From an uncultured Bifidobacteriaceae bacterium (GTDB lineage: Bacteria; Actinomycetota; Actinomycetes; S36-B12): a DNA stretch of 64,000 nucleotides. The notes below the pieces were generated by a model. The model made no database searches and was not told the origin of the DNA. It saw only the letters and a list, made by a program, of their open reading frames with translations. The stretch lies in contig CAZBWA010000003.1 of assembly GCA_964495555.1 (NCBI GenBank), positions 475 through 64,474 on the forward strand, given 5' to 3'. Each line of letters begins with the position of its first letter. Within the stretch, counting starts at the first letter, position 1. The translations under genes were made by a program, and so were the position numbers. Positions 1 through 9,239 of this stretch are shown in pieces.

Positions 1-1730
1 ATGCCTACGAGACCGGACGCGGATCGTTTCGGGTCCGCGCTCGCACCCGTATCGAGCACGTGACCCCGCGTCGACGCGGCATCGTCGTCACGGAGCTCCC
101 ACCCATGGTCGGTCCCGAGCGCGTGATCGAACGCATCAAGGACGCCGTCCAGAGCAAGAAACTCGCCGGCATCTCGGACGTGGTCGATCTCAGCGACGGG
201 GAGCAAGGCCTCCAACTCGTCATTGAACTCAAGAGTGGGATCGCTCCAGAGAGCATTCTCGAGCAGCTCTACCGCCTCACGCCGTTGGAGGACACGGTCT
301 CGATCAACGCTGTCGCACTGGTCGATGGGGAACCTCGCACACTCGGCCTCCTCGACCTGTTCCAGGAGTTTCTATCTCACCGACTGAGCGTGGTGATGCG
401 ACGAAGTACCTTCCGTCGCGCTCGCGCCATGGATCGGCTCCACCTCGTCGAGGGACTCCTCGTGGCGATCATCGATATCGACGAAGTGATCGCGGTGATC
501 CGCAGCAGCGACGATGCGCATTCTGCGAAGGCACGTTTGGTCAGCGTCTTCGAGCTCTCCGATGTGCAAGCGTCCTACATCCTCGACATGCCGCTCCGCC
601 GGCTCACCAAGTTCTCCCGCATCGAGCTCGAGAGCGAGGCCGACGAGCTGCGCCAACTCATCGAGGCCCTCACAGGGATCATCGAGGACGATTCCCGCCT
701 GCGAGCAGAGGTGGATGCCGAGCTCGAAGCGTTGGCACGCGCACATGGAACACCACGACGCACCCTCCTTCTCGAGGCCGCGCTGACTCCGGCACCGCGG
801 CCCACCGACGGCGAGATCAGCGATGCTCCGTGCGTCGTGCTCCTCTCGTCCACGGGTCTCGTGGCGCGTCTTCCGGAACTGTCCCCCGGTCACGACTCCG
901 TACGGGCCTCCCATGATGTGCTCGTCTCGGCGGTCCCGGCGCGCATCCGCGGGTCCGTCGGCGTCGTCACCTCCCACGGGAGAGTGCACCGCCTCGAGGT
1001 CGTGGACCTCCCCTCCCTCCCGGCGACCGCAGGCACGCCCAGTTTGGGCGCAGGTTCACCCCTCGGCGCGCTTCTCACGCTCGGGCCCGACGAGCGCGCG
1101 GTCGGCCTGATGCCGCTCGAGGGCGACACCGGGCTGGTCGTCGCCACCGCACACGGAGTTGTCAAGCGCATCGCGGATGCCCACCCCCTGCAGAAGTCCG
1201 ACTGGGAGGTCATCCGGCTCGAGGAGGGCGATCGACTCGTGGGGGCGCAGTGGATGCCCGACGCGTACGCCGAGACTCACACCCTCGTCCTCGTCAGCGC
1301 TGGCGCCCAGTTGCTCCGATTTCCGGTGTCTGCCGTCCGACCGCAGGGGCGTGCGGCGGGAGGGGTGCTGGGCATGCGACTGGCCGAGGGGGACGAAGTG
1401 CTGGCCCTGCAGGCCGTCGCGGACCCGGACGCCGCCGTACTGGTGACCGTCTCCGGCTCGGGAGCCGCACTCCCTGGAACGGAGATGGGGTCCGTCAAAG
1501 TCACGCCCCTCGCGCTGTACCCCGATAAGGGGCGCGGCACTCAGGGAGTCCGCTGCCATCGCTTCCGCAAGGGCGAGGACACCTTGCTCCGGGCCTGGGC
1601 CGGGCCGGCACCAGCCCGCGCGTGCACCGTGTCGGGCACGCCTGTCGACCTCCCCGACCCCGACGACCGCCGCGATGGCACCGGAACGAGCCCCCAGGCC
1701 CCCATCGACGCCGTGGGCCCGAGCCTGTGA
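1..1730 (+). CDS. parC: DNA topoisomerase IV subunit A (GyrA/ParC family), 5' end cut by the window edge
   Basis: Frame 3 is open from the window edge to TGA 1728-1730. The translation (AYETGRGS.., IVVTELPPMV, SDVQASYILDMPLRRLT, C-terminal repeat domain) is GyrA/ParC-like. It is paired with a GyrB/ParE-like gene at 4380-6449 near sigA. ParC cannot be told from a second GyrA by eye. Confidence 0.85.
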   Translation, partial: AYETGRGSFRVRARTRIEHVTPRRRGIVVTELPPMVGPERVIERIKDAVQSKKLAGISDVVDLSDGEQGLQLVIELKSGIAPESILEQLYRLTPLEDTVSINAVALVDGEPRTLGLLDLFQEFLSHRLSVVMRRSTFRRARAMDRLHLVEGLLVAIIDIDEVIAVIRSSDDAHSAKARLVSVFELSDVQASYILDMPLRRLTKFSRIELESEADELRQLIEALTGIIEDDSRLRAEVDAELEALARAHGTPRRTLLLEAALTPAPRPTDGEISDAPCVVLLSSTGLVARLPELSPGHDSVRASHDVLVSAVPARIRGSVGVVTSHGRVHRLEVVDLPSLPATAGTPSLGAGSPLGALLTLGPDERAVGLMPLEGDTGLVVATAHGVVKRIADAHPLQKSDWEVIRLEEGDRLVGAQWMPDAYAETHTLVLVSAGAQLLRFPVSAVRPQGRAAGGVLGMRLAEGDEVLALQAVADPDAAVLVTVSGSGAALPGTEMGSVKVTPLALYPDKGRGTQGVRCHRFRKGEDTLLRAWAGPAPARACTVSGTPVDLPDPDDRRDGTGTSPQAPIDAVGPSL

Positions 1731-2512
1731 TCCCCTGCTCCGAGGCGAATCTGGACGAGGTTCTCGCGGGTACTGCACCGACGCGCAGGTACTGGTGGGT
1801 CATCGAACATCCCGGCCCATGGCCCGCGGAAGCCATCACGGAGTCAGTAGTCGGCGACACCACACCCTGGGCCCTCAGCGAGAACGAGCAACCTGACACG
1901 TGTGTGCTGTTGACGCGGGGCCGTAGGGATAGTGATGCGCATCGACGCGTCTGGAAGGCCGACACACAGACAGGGGTACTGGAGATCGGGAGCGCGACAC
2001 TCGAACTGCCCACACTCACGCCTGTGGACGGAACCCTCACTCTCGTCTGCACACATGGTCGACGCGATCAGTGCTGCGCCGTCCGAGGCAGGCCCATGGT
2101 CGACGCGATTCCCGATGCACGCGAGTGCACGCATATCGGGGGGCATCGATTCGCTCCCACGATCCTCCTGCTGCCCCGCGGGATAGTCCTGGGTCGACTG
2201 GGTGTCCGCGAGTGGACAGCGGCCAGGTCACTCGGATCCGAAGCCCTTCCCTACCTCCGGGGGCGCGTCGTCCTCGACGCACCATCGCAGGTCGCCGATA
2301 TCGAGGCTCGCCGAGCCTGGGATCTCTCACTGACGGACGACGTGGCCATCGTGCTGCTGCGCGACGATGGTGACGATCGCTTCTACCGCGCCTCGTGGAG
2401 TGGGAATACAGGGCTCGTGCACGTCACGCGGTCGGAGGGCTCGATGATTACCGCAAGCTGCGGTGCCGAACCACGGCCCACCCCCACGTGGACGGTCACA
2501 CGCTGGGAGTGA
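1727..2512 (+). CDS. sucrase/ferredoxin-like family protein (thioredoxin-fold, Cys-rich)
   Basis: GTG 1727 overlaps the parC stop (GTGA). Motifs VCTHGRRDQCCAVRG and CTHIGGHRFAP are typical of this family. The ORF-track start at 1622 lies inside parC and was rejected. Confidence 0.7.
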   Translation: MIPCSEANLDEVLAGTAPTRRYWWVIEHPGPWPAEAITESVVGDTTPWALSENEQPDTCVLLTRGRRDSDAHRRVWKADTQTGVLEIGSATLELPTLTPVDGTLTLVCTHGRRDQCCAVRGRPMVDAIPDARECTHIGGHRFAPTILLLPRGIVLGRLGVREWTAARSLGSEALPYLRGRVVLDAPSQVADIEARRAWDLSLTDDVAIVLLRDDGDDRFYRASWSGNTGLVHVTRSEGSMITASCGAEPRPTPTWTVTRWE

Positions 2513-3836
2513 ACCCGATGGCCAGGAGCTCGGACCGCTCCGAGATCGTCACCCGATCGCGATGGGAAGCGCGACCCTGCTCGCATTCGGCCGCCGAGAT
2601 GCGACGCCATCCGTCGGTCTCGACGACGGGATGGCCCGCATCGGCGAGGTAGTCACGGAGGCCGCCGCGCTCCGGCGCAGGTGACAGGTCGTCGAGGTCG
2701 TCGAGCAGCGCGGCAACGGTCGCCGCCGCATCCTTCTTGTTGGTTCCGATGATCCCGCTGGGGCCGCGCTTGATCCACCCGGCCGTGTATTGCCCGGGAA
2801 GGGGTGCTCCGTCGAGGGTCACCCGACCATCGACGTTGGGGATCACTCCCCTCGCCGCGTCGAAGGGAATACCGGCCACGGGCTCCCCCCGGTACCCGAC
2901 GCTGCGGATCACGAGGTCGGTCGGCAACGTCCAGGTCTCACCGGTGTCCTGGACACGGCCGTCCACCGTCACTTCCGTGCGGTGGACGACGATGCCTTCC
3001 ACATCCTGGTGACCGATGAGGCGGTCGGGGCGCGCGTAGAAGTGCAGGTACAACGATCGCTCGGCTGACGGCCAGGAACGGCTACACCATTCGTCGAGGA
3101 CGGCAACATTACGTGCAGCGACCTTCTCGGTATCGACTACCTGGGTTGTTGCCTCGGTCCTCTCGAGGTCTCGACCCTCCACATTTACCCGCACACCGTC
3201 GATTTCACCCAATTCCTTCAATTCCTTGGTCGTGAAACTTGCGTGGGCTGGGCCTCTCCTCCCGAGGATGTGCACCTCTCGGATCGTCGAAGCCTCCAGA
3301 GCGGCAAGTACGTGCGCCGGCATCTCGGTATGGCGGAGGTTCTCGACAGGTGAGATCAAGATGCGGGCGACATCCACCGCTACGTTGCCGACGCCCACGA
3401 CGCAGGCGACCCGCGGACCGGAGAGCAACGTGTCGTACTCACGTGAAGCGTCGGGATGGCCCGTGTACCAGTTGACGAACGATGTGGCGGAGAAACTCCC
3501 CGCCAGATCCTCGCCGGGGATGTCCAAGGTGCGATCCGTTGGGGCTCCGTAGGACCAGATAACTGCGTCGTAGAAGCGACCCAGGTCTTCCGCCTGCACA
3601 TCGACCCCGACATCGACGTTGCCCAGGAAGGTGACCCCCGGGAGGTCCAATATCCCGTCCAGCGTGTCGCGCACAGACCGGATGGACAGGTGGTCCGGGG
3701 CGACGCCGTACCTCACGAGCCCGCAGGGCACCGGAAGCCGATCGATCACGTCCACCTCGACCCGACCCGACTTGCTCAATCCCTCAGCGGCATACAGGCC
3801 CGCCGGACCTGCACCGATGACCGCGACTCTGCGCAT
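2496..3836 (-). CDS. fprA: ferredoxin--NADP+ reductase, FprA / adrenodoxin-reductase type
   Basis: N-terminal FAD fold VAVIGAGPAGLYAAEGL and a second dinucleotide fold VVGVGNVAVDVARIL. Length and motifs resemble mycobacterial FprA. ATG 3836 lies 1 nt after the upstream stop. Confidence 0.85.
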   Translation of the reverse strand: MRRVAVIGAGPAGLYAAEGLSKSGRVEVDVIDRLPVPCGLVRYGVAPDHLSIRSVRDTLDGILDLPGVTFLGNVDVGVDVQAEDLGRFYDAVIWSYGAPTDRTLDIPGEDLAGSFSATSFVNWYTGHPDASREYDTLLSGPRVACVVGVGNVAVDVARILISPVENLRHTEMPAHVLAALEASTIREVHILGRRGPAHASFTTKELKELGEIDGVRVNVEGRDLERTEATTQVVDTEKVAARNVAVLDEWCSRSWPSAERSLYLHFYARPDRLIGHQDVEGIVVHRTEVTVDGRVQDTGETWTLPTDLVIRSVGYRGEPVAGIPFDAARGVIPNVDGRVTLDGAPLPGQYTAGWIKRGPSGIIGTNKKDAAATVAALLDDLDDLSPAPERGGLRDYLADAGHPVVETDGWRRISAAECEQGRASHRDRVTISERSELLAIGFTPSV

Positions 3837-3837
3837 G

Positions 3838-4362
3838 TCAGCCGTCCACCGGAACCAGTTCGCCAGAACGCACATCGAAGATCGCTCCCCCGACGAGCAG
3901 CCCCGGCGGCAGAAGCGGGTGTGAGCGAAGCCTCAGGAGATCGGACACCAGAGCACCATGCTGGTCCTCAACGGTTCGGATCTCGATGCTGCGGGTGTCG
4001 ATGCCCGACACCTGGCGAATCTGCTCGTGGATCGCCCCCTCGCTTCCTGTGGCCATGCGACAGTCGGTGTGGGGCATGACGAGAACTCGACTGACTCCCA
4101 ATAGGTGGCTGGCCAGCACGAGCGTGCGAAGCACGTCGTCCGTCACGCGCGCCCCGCCATTGCGGATGATCTTGGCGTCTCCGGCGGCCAGCCCCAGTGC
4201 TGCGAGCGGATCGATTCGCGAATCAATGCACGTGACGACCGCGAGGCCTCGCTGCGCCCGGCCTGACAGTCCCGAGTCGTGGAAGCGCTCCGCGTAGCGC
4301 ACGTTGCCCGTGAGGAGGTCATCGAATCCCTCTCGGGGGAAGGCTTCGACGTTGACGGCCAT
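3838..4362 (-). CDS. beta-class carbonic anhydrase
   Basis: Zinc-ligand motifs CIDSRIDP and HTDCRM at beta-CA spacing in a 174-aa ORF with an ATG start. Confidence 0.85.
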   Translation of the reverse strand: MAVNVEAFPREGFDDLLTGNVRYAERFHDSGLSGRAQRGLAVVTCIDSRIDPLAALGLAAGDAKIIRNGGARVTDDVLRTLVLASHLLGVSRVLVMPHTDCRMATGSEGAIHEQIRQVSGIDTRSIEIRTVEDQHGALVSDLLRLRSHPLLPPGLLVGGAIFDVRSGELVPVDG

Positions 4363-4379
4363 GGCCCGATGGTAGGGCT

Positions 4380-6449
4380 CTAGGCGTCGATCCGGGCGCG
4401 ATCGAGGCTGTGTGCCCCGTCCACGATGAAGTCCTTGCGTGGACCGACGTCCGTGCCCATGAGCAGGTCGAAGACCTCCTCTGCGGCGACGGCATCCTTC
4501 ATCGTGACGCGCCTCAGGGAGCGCAGCGCCGGGTCCATGGTGGTCTCCCGCAACTGGCTCGCATCCATCTCACCGAGCCCCTTGTAACGCTGGATGGGTT
4601 GCCGGATCCCCCGACCCTTGCGCTCGGCGTCCGTGACCAGCGCACGCATCTCCTTCTCGGAATATGCGTAGGAAACAGACTGCTCTGTCTTGCGTGTCCC
4701 TGAATACTCGATCCTGAAGAGAGGAGGCACCGCAGCGAACACTCGTCCATCCTCCACGAGCGGCCGCATGTACCGATGGATCAGTGTGAGGAGAAGGCAA
4801 CGGATATGCGCCCCATCCACGTCGGCGTCCGACATCAGAATGATCTTCCCGTAGCGCGCCGCATCGAGATCGAACGTTCGGCCGGATCCGGCGCCGATCA
4901 CCTGGATGATCGCCGCGCATTCGGCGTTCTTGAGCATGTCCGACAGCGAGGCCTTCTGGACATTCAGGATCTTCCCGCGAATCGGAAGGAGAGCCTGGAA
5001 TCGGGAGTCACGTGCCACCTTGGCCGTTCCGAGAGCGCTGTCACCCTCGACGATGAACAGCTCGGTCTCAGGTACGTCGTCGGATCTGCAATCGACAAGT
5101 TTCGCCGGAAGAGCTGACGTCTCTAGTGCGGACTTGCGCCGCTGTGTGTCCCTGTGGGCGCGCGCTGCAACGCGCGCGCGCATGGCGTTCGCGACCTTGT
5201 CGAGCGCCGCGCGCGCCGCCTGTTTCTCACCCCGTGGCGGGGACGCGAACCACCCGGCCAGTTCTCGGCTCACGACCGTGGCGACTATGCGCGAGAGTGC
5301 CGGAGTCCCCAGCACCTCCTTCGTCTGGCCCTCGAACTGAGGCTCGGGGAACCGCACGGACACGACCGCCGTGAGTCCCTCCATCACGTCATCCTTCGTG
5401 ACCGCGTCTTCAGCTCCCTTGAGAAGCTTCGCGGCCCTCAACTGTTCGTTCACGACCTTCGTGATGGCACGCTCGAAGCCGGCTACGTGCGTTCCGCCTT
5501 TGGGCGTCTCGATGACGTTGACGAAGGACCGCAGGGAGGCCTCGTATCCGCCATCCCATTGCAGCGCGATGTCCACTGCGACATCCCGCTCCACGTCCCG
5601 GCTCACCATGTGTCCCTTGTCATCCAAGACGGGAACAGTCTCGGAGAAGTGACCCGTCCCCGTGAGACGCACGACACCGGTCACCGGCTCACCCTCACGG
5701 AGGTGCTCGACATACTCCGCGATGCCACCCTTGTGCTGGAACTCCGCGGTGACGGGGGTCGATCCACGTTCGTCGCTGAGCTCGATGAGGAGGCCCGGCA
5801 CGAGGAAGGATGTCTGCAGAGCACGCGTACAGAGGGACTCCCAATCGATGCAGGCGTCCTTGGTGAACACCTGCGGGTCGGGCCAGAAGCGGACCCGGGT
5901 ACCCGATCTCGTCCGCGGGACCTTCCCGGTGACTCGGAGGCCGGACTTGCGCGTGAAAGGTGCATCGGGACCGTCCCCGTCGAACTCGCCCGTGACGCCT
6001 CGACGGAAACTCACCGCGTGCACCTTGGCCGTGCGGTCCACCTCCACATCGAGGCGGGACGACAGGGCATTCACGACGGATGCCCCAACGCCATGCAGGC
6101 CTCCCGACGCCGTGTACGACGATCCCCCGAACTTGCCGCCGGCGTGGAGTTTCGTCATCACCACCTCGACGCCGGACAGGCGGGTCTTCGGCTCGATGTC
6201 CACCGGGATACCCCGACCGTTGTCCGCGACGATGACGGAGTCGTCGGGGAGCAGGGTGATCGTGATGCGCGAGCAGTGGCCGGCTAAGGCTTCGTCCACC
6301 GCGTTATCGAAGATCTCCCACAGGCAGTGCATCAGCCCCCGGGTGTCATTCGAGCCGATGTACATCCCCGGACGCTTGCGCACGGCCTCGAGGCCCTCGA
6401 GAACCGCGAGATCCTTGGCCGAATAGCTGTCCGTGGTCTTCCGTGGCAC
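4380..6449 (-). CDS. parE: DNA topoisomerase IV subunit B (GyrB/ParE family)
   Basis: GHKL ATPase N-terminus (LEGLEAVRKRPGMYIGS), Toprim motif FIVEGDSALGTAK and PIRGKILNV. GTG start, 689 aa. Confidence 0.9.
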   Translation of the reverse strand: MPRKTTDSYSAKDLAVLEGLEAVRKRPGMYIGSNDTRGLMHCLWEIFDNAVDEALAGHCSRITITLLPDDSVIVADNGRGIPVDIEPKTRLSGVEVVMTKLHAGGKFGGSSYTASGGLHGVGASVVNALSSRLDVEVDRTAKVHAVSFRRGVTGEFDGDGPDAPFTRKSGLRVTGKVPRTRSGTRVRFWPDPQVFTKDACIDWESLCTRALQTSFLVPGLLIELSDERGSTPVTAEFQHKGGIAEYVEHLREGEPVTGVVRLTGTGHFSETVPVLDDKGHMVSRDVERDVAVDIALQWDGGYEASLRSFVNVIETPKGGTHVAGFERAITKVVNEQLRAAKLLKGAEDAVTKDDVMEGLTAVVSVRFPEPQFEGQTKEVLGTPALSRIVATVVSRELAGWFASPPRGEKQAARAALDKVANAMRARVAARAHRDTQRRKSALETSALPAKLVDCRSDDVPETELFIVEGDSALGTAKVARDSRFQALLPIRGKILNVQKASLSDMLKNAECAAIIQVIGAGSGRTFDLDAARYGKIILMSDADVDGAHIRCLLLTLIHRYMRPLVEDGRVFAAVPPLFRIEYSGTRKTEQSVSYAYSEKEMRALVTDAERKGRGIRQPIQRYKGLGEMDASQLRETTMDPALRSLRRVTMKDAVAAEEVFDLLMGTDVGPRKDFIVDGAHSLDRARIDA

Positions 6450-6602
6450 TCCGCCAACCTAGGTGCCCGTACCCCGCAGTGGCCCCATCCCCGCCGCATG
6501 TGCGTTTGTGACACCTTCGGCCCTCGGCGAAACGGTCCGGCGTGGCGGCTCGCAAACCCGTTCGGCGTGTAAGACTGTTGGGCAACGAGAAGGGATGCCT
6601 GA

Positions 6603-6809
6603 ATGGACACGATGACGGCGCCCACACTGGGTGCGACGGACAGGTGCGATCGCTGCAATGCGCAGGCGTACGTACGTGTGATCCTCCGCGGCGGGTCGGA
6701 CCTTCTCTTCTGTGGGCATCACTGGGGCCACCACGAGGCCGTGCTGCGACCGCAGGCCGAGGAAGTCGTGGACGAGACGCATCGACTCGCCGAGGTGAGC
6801 GCCTCCTAG
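6603..6809 (+). CDS. small conserved actinobacterial Cys/His protein of unknown function
   Basis: A 68-aa ORF with [11 protein letters not shown]...FCGHHWGHH, a putative zinc-binding pattern. I recall this as a conserved small protein near sigA in actinobacteria. Its stop overlaps the sigA stop in a CTAG. Confidence 0.65.
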   Translation: MDTMTAPTLGATDRCDRCNAQAYVRVILRGGSDLLFCGHHWGHHEAVLRPQAEEVVDETHRLAEVSAS

Positions 6810-8293
6810 TCGAGGTAGTCGCGCAGCACCTGGGAACGTGACGGGTGGCGAAGTTTCGACATCGTCTTGCTCTCGATCTGGCGAATCCGCTCACGCGTCA
6901 CGCCGTAGACCTTCCCGATCTCGTCGAGGGTCTTGGGCTGGCCATCGGTCAGGCCGAACCTCATCCGCACGACACCCGCCTCCCGGTCCGAGAGCGTGTC
7001 GAGAACCGACTCCAACTGCTCCTGGAGAAGGGTGAAGGAGACAGCGTCCGAGGGGACGATGGCTTCGGAATCCTCGATCAGGTCCCCGAACTCACTGTCG
7101 CCTTCTTCTCCCAGGGGGGTGTGGAGTGAGATGGGCTCGCGACCGTACTTCTGGACCTCGACGACCTTCTCGGGCGTCATGTCCAATTCACGGGCGAGTT
7201 CCTCGGGGGTCGGTTCCCGACCGAGGTCCTGGAGCATCTGCCGCTGAACGCGCGCCAATTTGTTGATGACTTCGACCATGTGCACGGGAATACGGATCGT
7301 GCGCGCCTGGTCGGCCATCGCTCGGGTGATCGCCTGTCGGATCCACCAGGTCGCGTATGTCGAGAACTTGTAACCCTTGGTGTAATCGAACTTCTCGACC
7401 GCGCGGATGAGACCCAGGTTCCCTTCCTGGATGAGATCGAGGAAGAGCATCCCGCGGCCGGTGTACCGCTTGGCCAGGGATACCACGAGGCGCAGGTTCG
7501 CCTCGAGGAGGTGGTTCTTGGCTCGCCGACCGTCGATGGCGATCCATTCCAGATCCCTACGCGACTTCTTGTCCAGCTTCTTGGTCTCGTTGAGGACCTC
7601 CTCAGCGAACAGGCCCGCCTCGATCCGCTTGGCCAGCTCGACCTCCTGTTCGGCATTCAGGAGCGGAACCTTGCCGATCTGCTTCAAGTAGTCCTTGACC
7701 GGGTCGGCGGTCGCGCCTGCCACGGTCACCGTCTGCACGGGCTCGTCGGTGTCATCCACGTCGGAGATAACGAACTCGGCGGACTCTTCACTCGGAGCCG
7801 CCGGTGCTGTTTCCTCTTCATCCTCATCAACCTTGGCGAGCTCGACCTCGAGATCCGCCTCCAGCTCAGCCTCCAGATCGGCCGCCTTCTCGAGGTCAAC
7901 CTCCTCTTCCTCCAGGTCTACCTCGTCATCGAGTTCGATTCCGTCGGCGACAATCTCCTTGCCGGGCTTTCCATTGCGCTTCACCGCGGGTGCCTTATCC
8001 ACGGTCTTCTTCGCAGGTGTCTGCTTGACAGGTCCCTTGGCCGCGACCTTTTTCGCGACCGCCGTCTTCACACCGGACTTCTTGGCAGAAGGCTTGGCGG
8101 ATGCTTTGGCCGGGGCGGACTTCTTGACCGGAACGCTCTTCTTCGCGGGCGCGCTCTTCTTGGCCACTGTCTTCTTCACCGGTACGGACTTCTTGATGGC
8201 TGTCTTCTTAACCGGCGCGGACTTCTTCGCGGCGGCTTTGGCAGGGGTCTTGGCGTTCTTGCTCTTCGGTGTCTTCTTGGACGCGACTGGCAT
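6806..8293 (-). CDS. sigA: primary (housekeeping) RNA polymerase sigma-70 factor
   Basis: Regions 1.2-4.2 are recognisable ([47 protein letters not shown]). ATG 8293 is preceded by AGGAGGA. The ORF-track start at 8317 lies upstream of that SD. The N-terminus is Lys/Ala/Pro-rich. Confidence 0.95.
   Translation of the reverse strand: MPVASKKTPKSKNAKTPAKAAAKKSAPVKKTAIKKSVPVKKTVAKKSAPAKKSVPVKKSAPAKASAKPSAKKSGVKTAVAKKVAAKGPVKQTPAKKTVDKAPAVKRNGKPGKEIVADGIELDDEVDLEEEEVDLEKAADLEAELEADLEVELAKVDEDEEETAPAAPSEESAEFVISDVDDTDEPVQTVTVAGATADPVKDYLKQIGKVPLLNAEQEVELAKRIEAGLFAEEVLNETKKLDKKSRRDLEWIAIDGRRAKNHLLEANLRLVVSLAKRYTGRGMLFLDLIQEGNLGLIRAVEKFDYTKGYKFSTYATWWIRQAITRAMADQARTIRIPVHMVEVINKLARVQRQMLQDLGREPTPEELARELDMTPEKVVEVQKYGREPISLHTPLGEEGDSEFGDLIEDSEAIVPSDAVSFTLLQEQLESVLDTLSDREAGVVRMRFGLTDGQPKTLDEIGKVYGVTRERIRQIESKTMSKLRHPSRSQVLRDYLD
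7980..8260 (-). repeat. coding low-complexity tandem repeat (KKxAPxKK-type) in the sigA N-terminal region
   Basis: The translation repeats KKSAPVKK / KKSVPVKK / KKSAPAKK / KKSVPVKK. The DNA shows the matching degenerate periodic cttctt...ggc pattern. Confidence 0.6.
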
Positions 8294-8390
8294 GCGGTGC
8301 CGTCCTCCTGCTCTCATCCCACGACGTAAGCCCGTGTCAAGCCATTCGGCCTGCCGGGCGGTCTCAGTGTGCCACCGACCCGCCGAGCGG

Positions 8391-9182
8391 CTACGGGCGG
8401 GTCAGCACCGCCCGGGCTTGGCCGATCGCGACGTGCAGCGCGGCCGTGTGGCGGATCGGTGGCAGGGGAAAGGGCCCTAAACCGTCAGCCGTGAAGCTGC
8501 CTCGCCATTCGGTGGTGACCATGATGGTCCTGGGACCAGCGGTGCGGTAGGTGTGCGACACGGACATGTCGGGGTACGTCCCCCCGGGTGTGGACGTGGC
8601 GAGCCTGGATCCTGGCTCGAACTCCCAGATCCACGTGGGTGCAGCCTCGATCCGCACATCGACACCCAGAAGGGACTCGTCCCATCGGGGACGTTCACCG
8701 GTCTGGCCGCTGGTACACACCACAGGGATTTGGGTCACGGCCCCGGTCGGGGGCTCGCACGAAGGTGAAGGTCCTGGAACGCGCCGCTCGAACCTCTGCC
8801 GTGCCTCCGTTCCCAGTCGCGCCACCGGCACGATGTCTGACCCCTGAATGCAGACAAGACCCCGTTCGCCCCACGGCTGCCCCCTCTCTGCGAACCACAC
8901 GCGCAGCAACTCTCGTCCCGCAGGGCACCCGCGGACGACACTCCCGCATGGTGATGTGGGGTCGTCTGGATCGACGATGCAGGGGGCCGCAAACCTCCAG
9001 GAGCACCCATCGCATCGACTCAACCTGGCCCGGGTGTCCTCATCGACACTTGCCGGGACGATCACGGCATGGGATCCCACATAGCGGTCTTCCTCGACTA
9101 CGACGTCGATGGCGGCCGCACGTGGAGCAAGACCGATCAAGGAGGCACAGAGAGCCATGCCGAAGACGAGGGAGCGCACCAC
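8391..9182 (-). CDS. secreted Cys-rich hypothetical protein with a PKD/Ig-like C-terminal region
   Basis: N-terminal signal peptide ([23 protein letters not shown]), nine further Cys residues (ten in all, one within the signal peptide), and a C-terminal [22 protein letters not shown] segment reminiscent of PKD repeats. GTG start. Confidence 0.6.
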   Translation of the reverse strand: MVRSLVFGMALCASLIGLAPRAAAIDVVVEEDRYVGSHAVIVPASVDEDTRARLSRCDGCSWRFAAPCIVDPDDPTSPCGSVVRGCPAGRELLRVWFAERGQPWGERGLVCIQGSDIVPVARLGTEARQRFERRVPGPSPSCEPPTGAVTQIPVVCTSGQTGERPRWDESLLGVDVRIEAAPTWIWEFEPGSRLATSTPGGTYPDMSVSHTYRTAGPRTIMVTTEWRGSFTADGLGPFPLPPIRHTAALHVAIGQARAVLTRP

Positions 9183-9239
9183 TCCACGGTAGATACCAGG
9201 ATCGCTCGTCGACAGCCCCGAGCGCGCTCTGTGGATAAG

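Noticed and set aside
7280-8480. Plus-strand ORFs of 349 aa and 261 aa over sigA
   Set aside because: They are antisense to sigA. Their Ser/Leu-rich repeats simply mirror the Lys/Ala repeat of the real gene.
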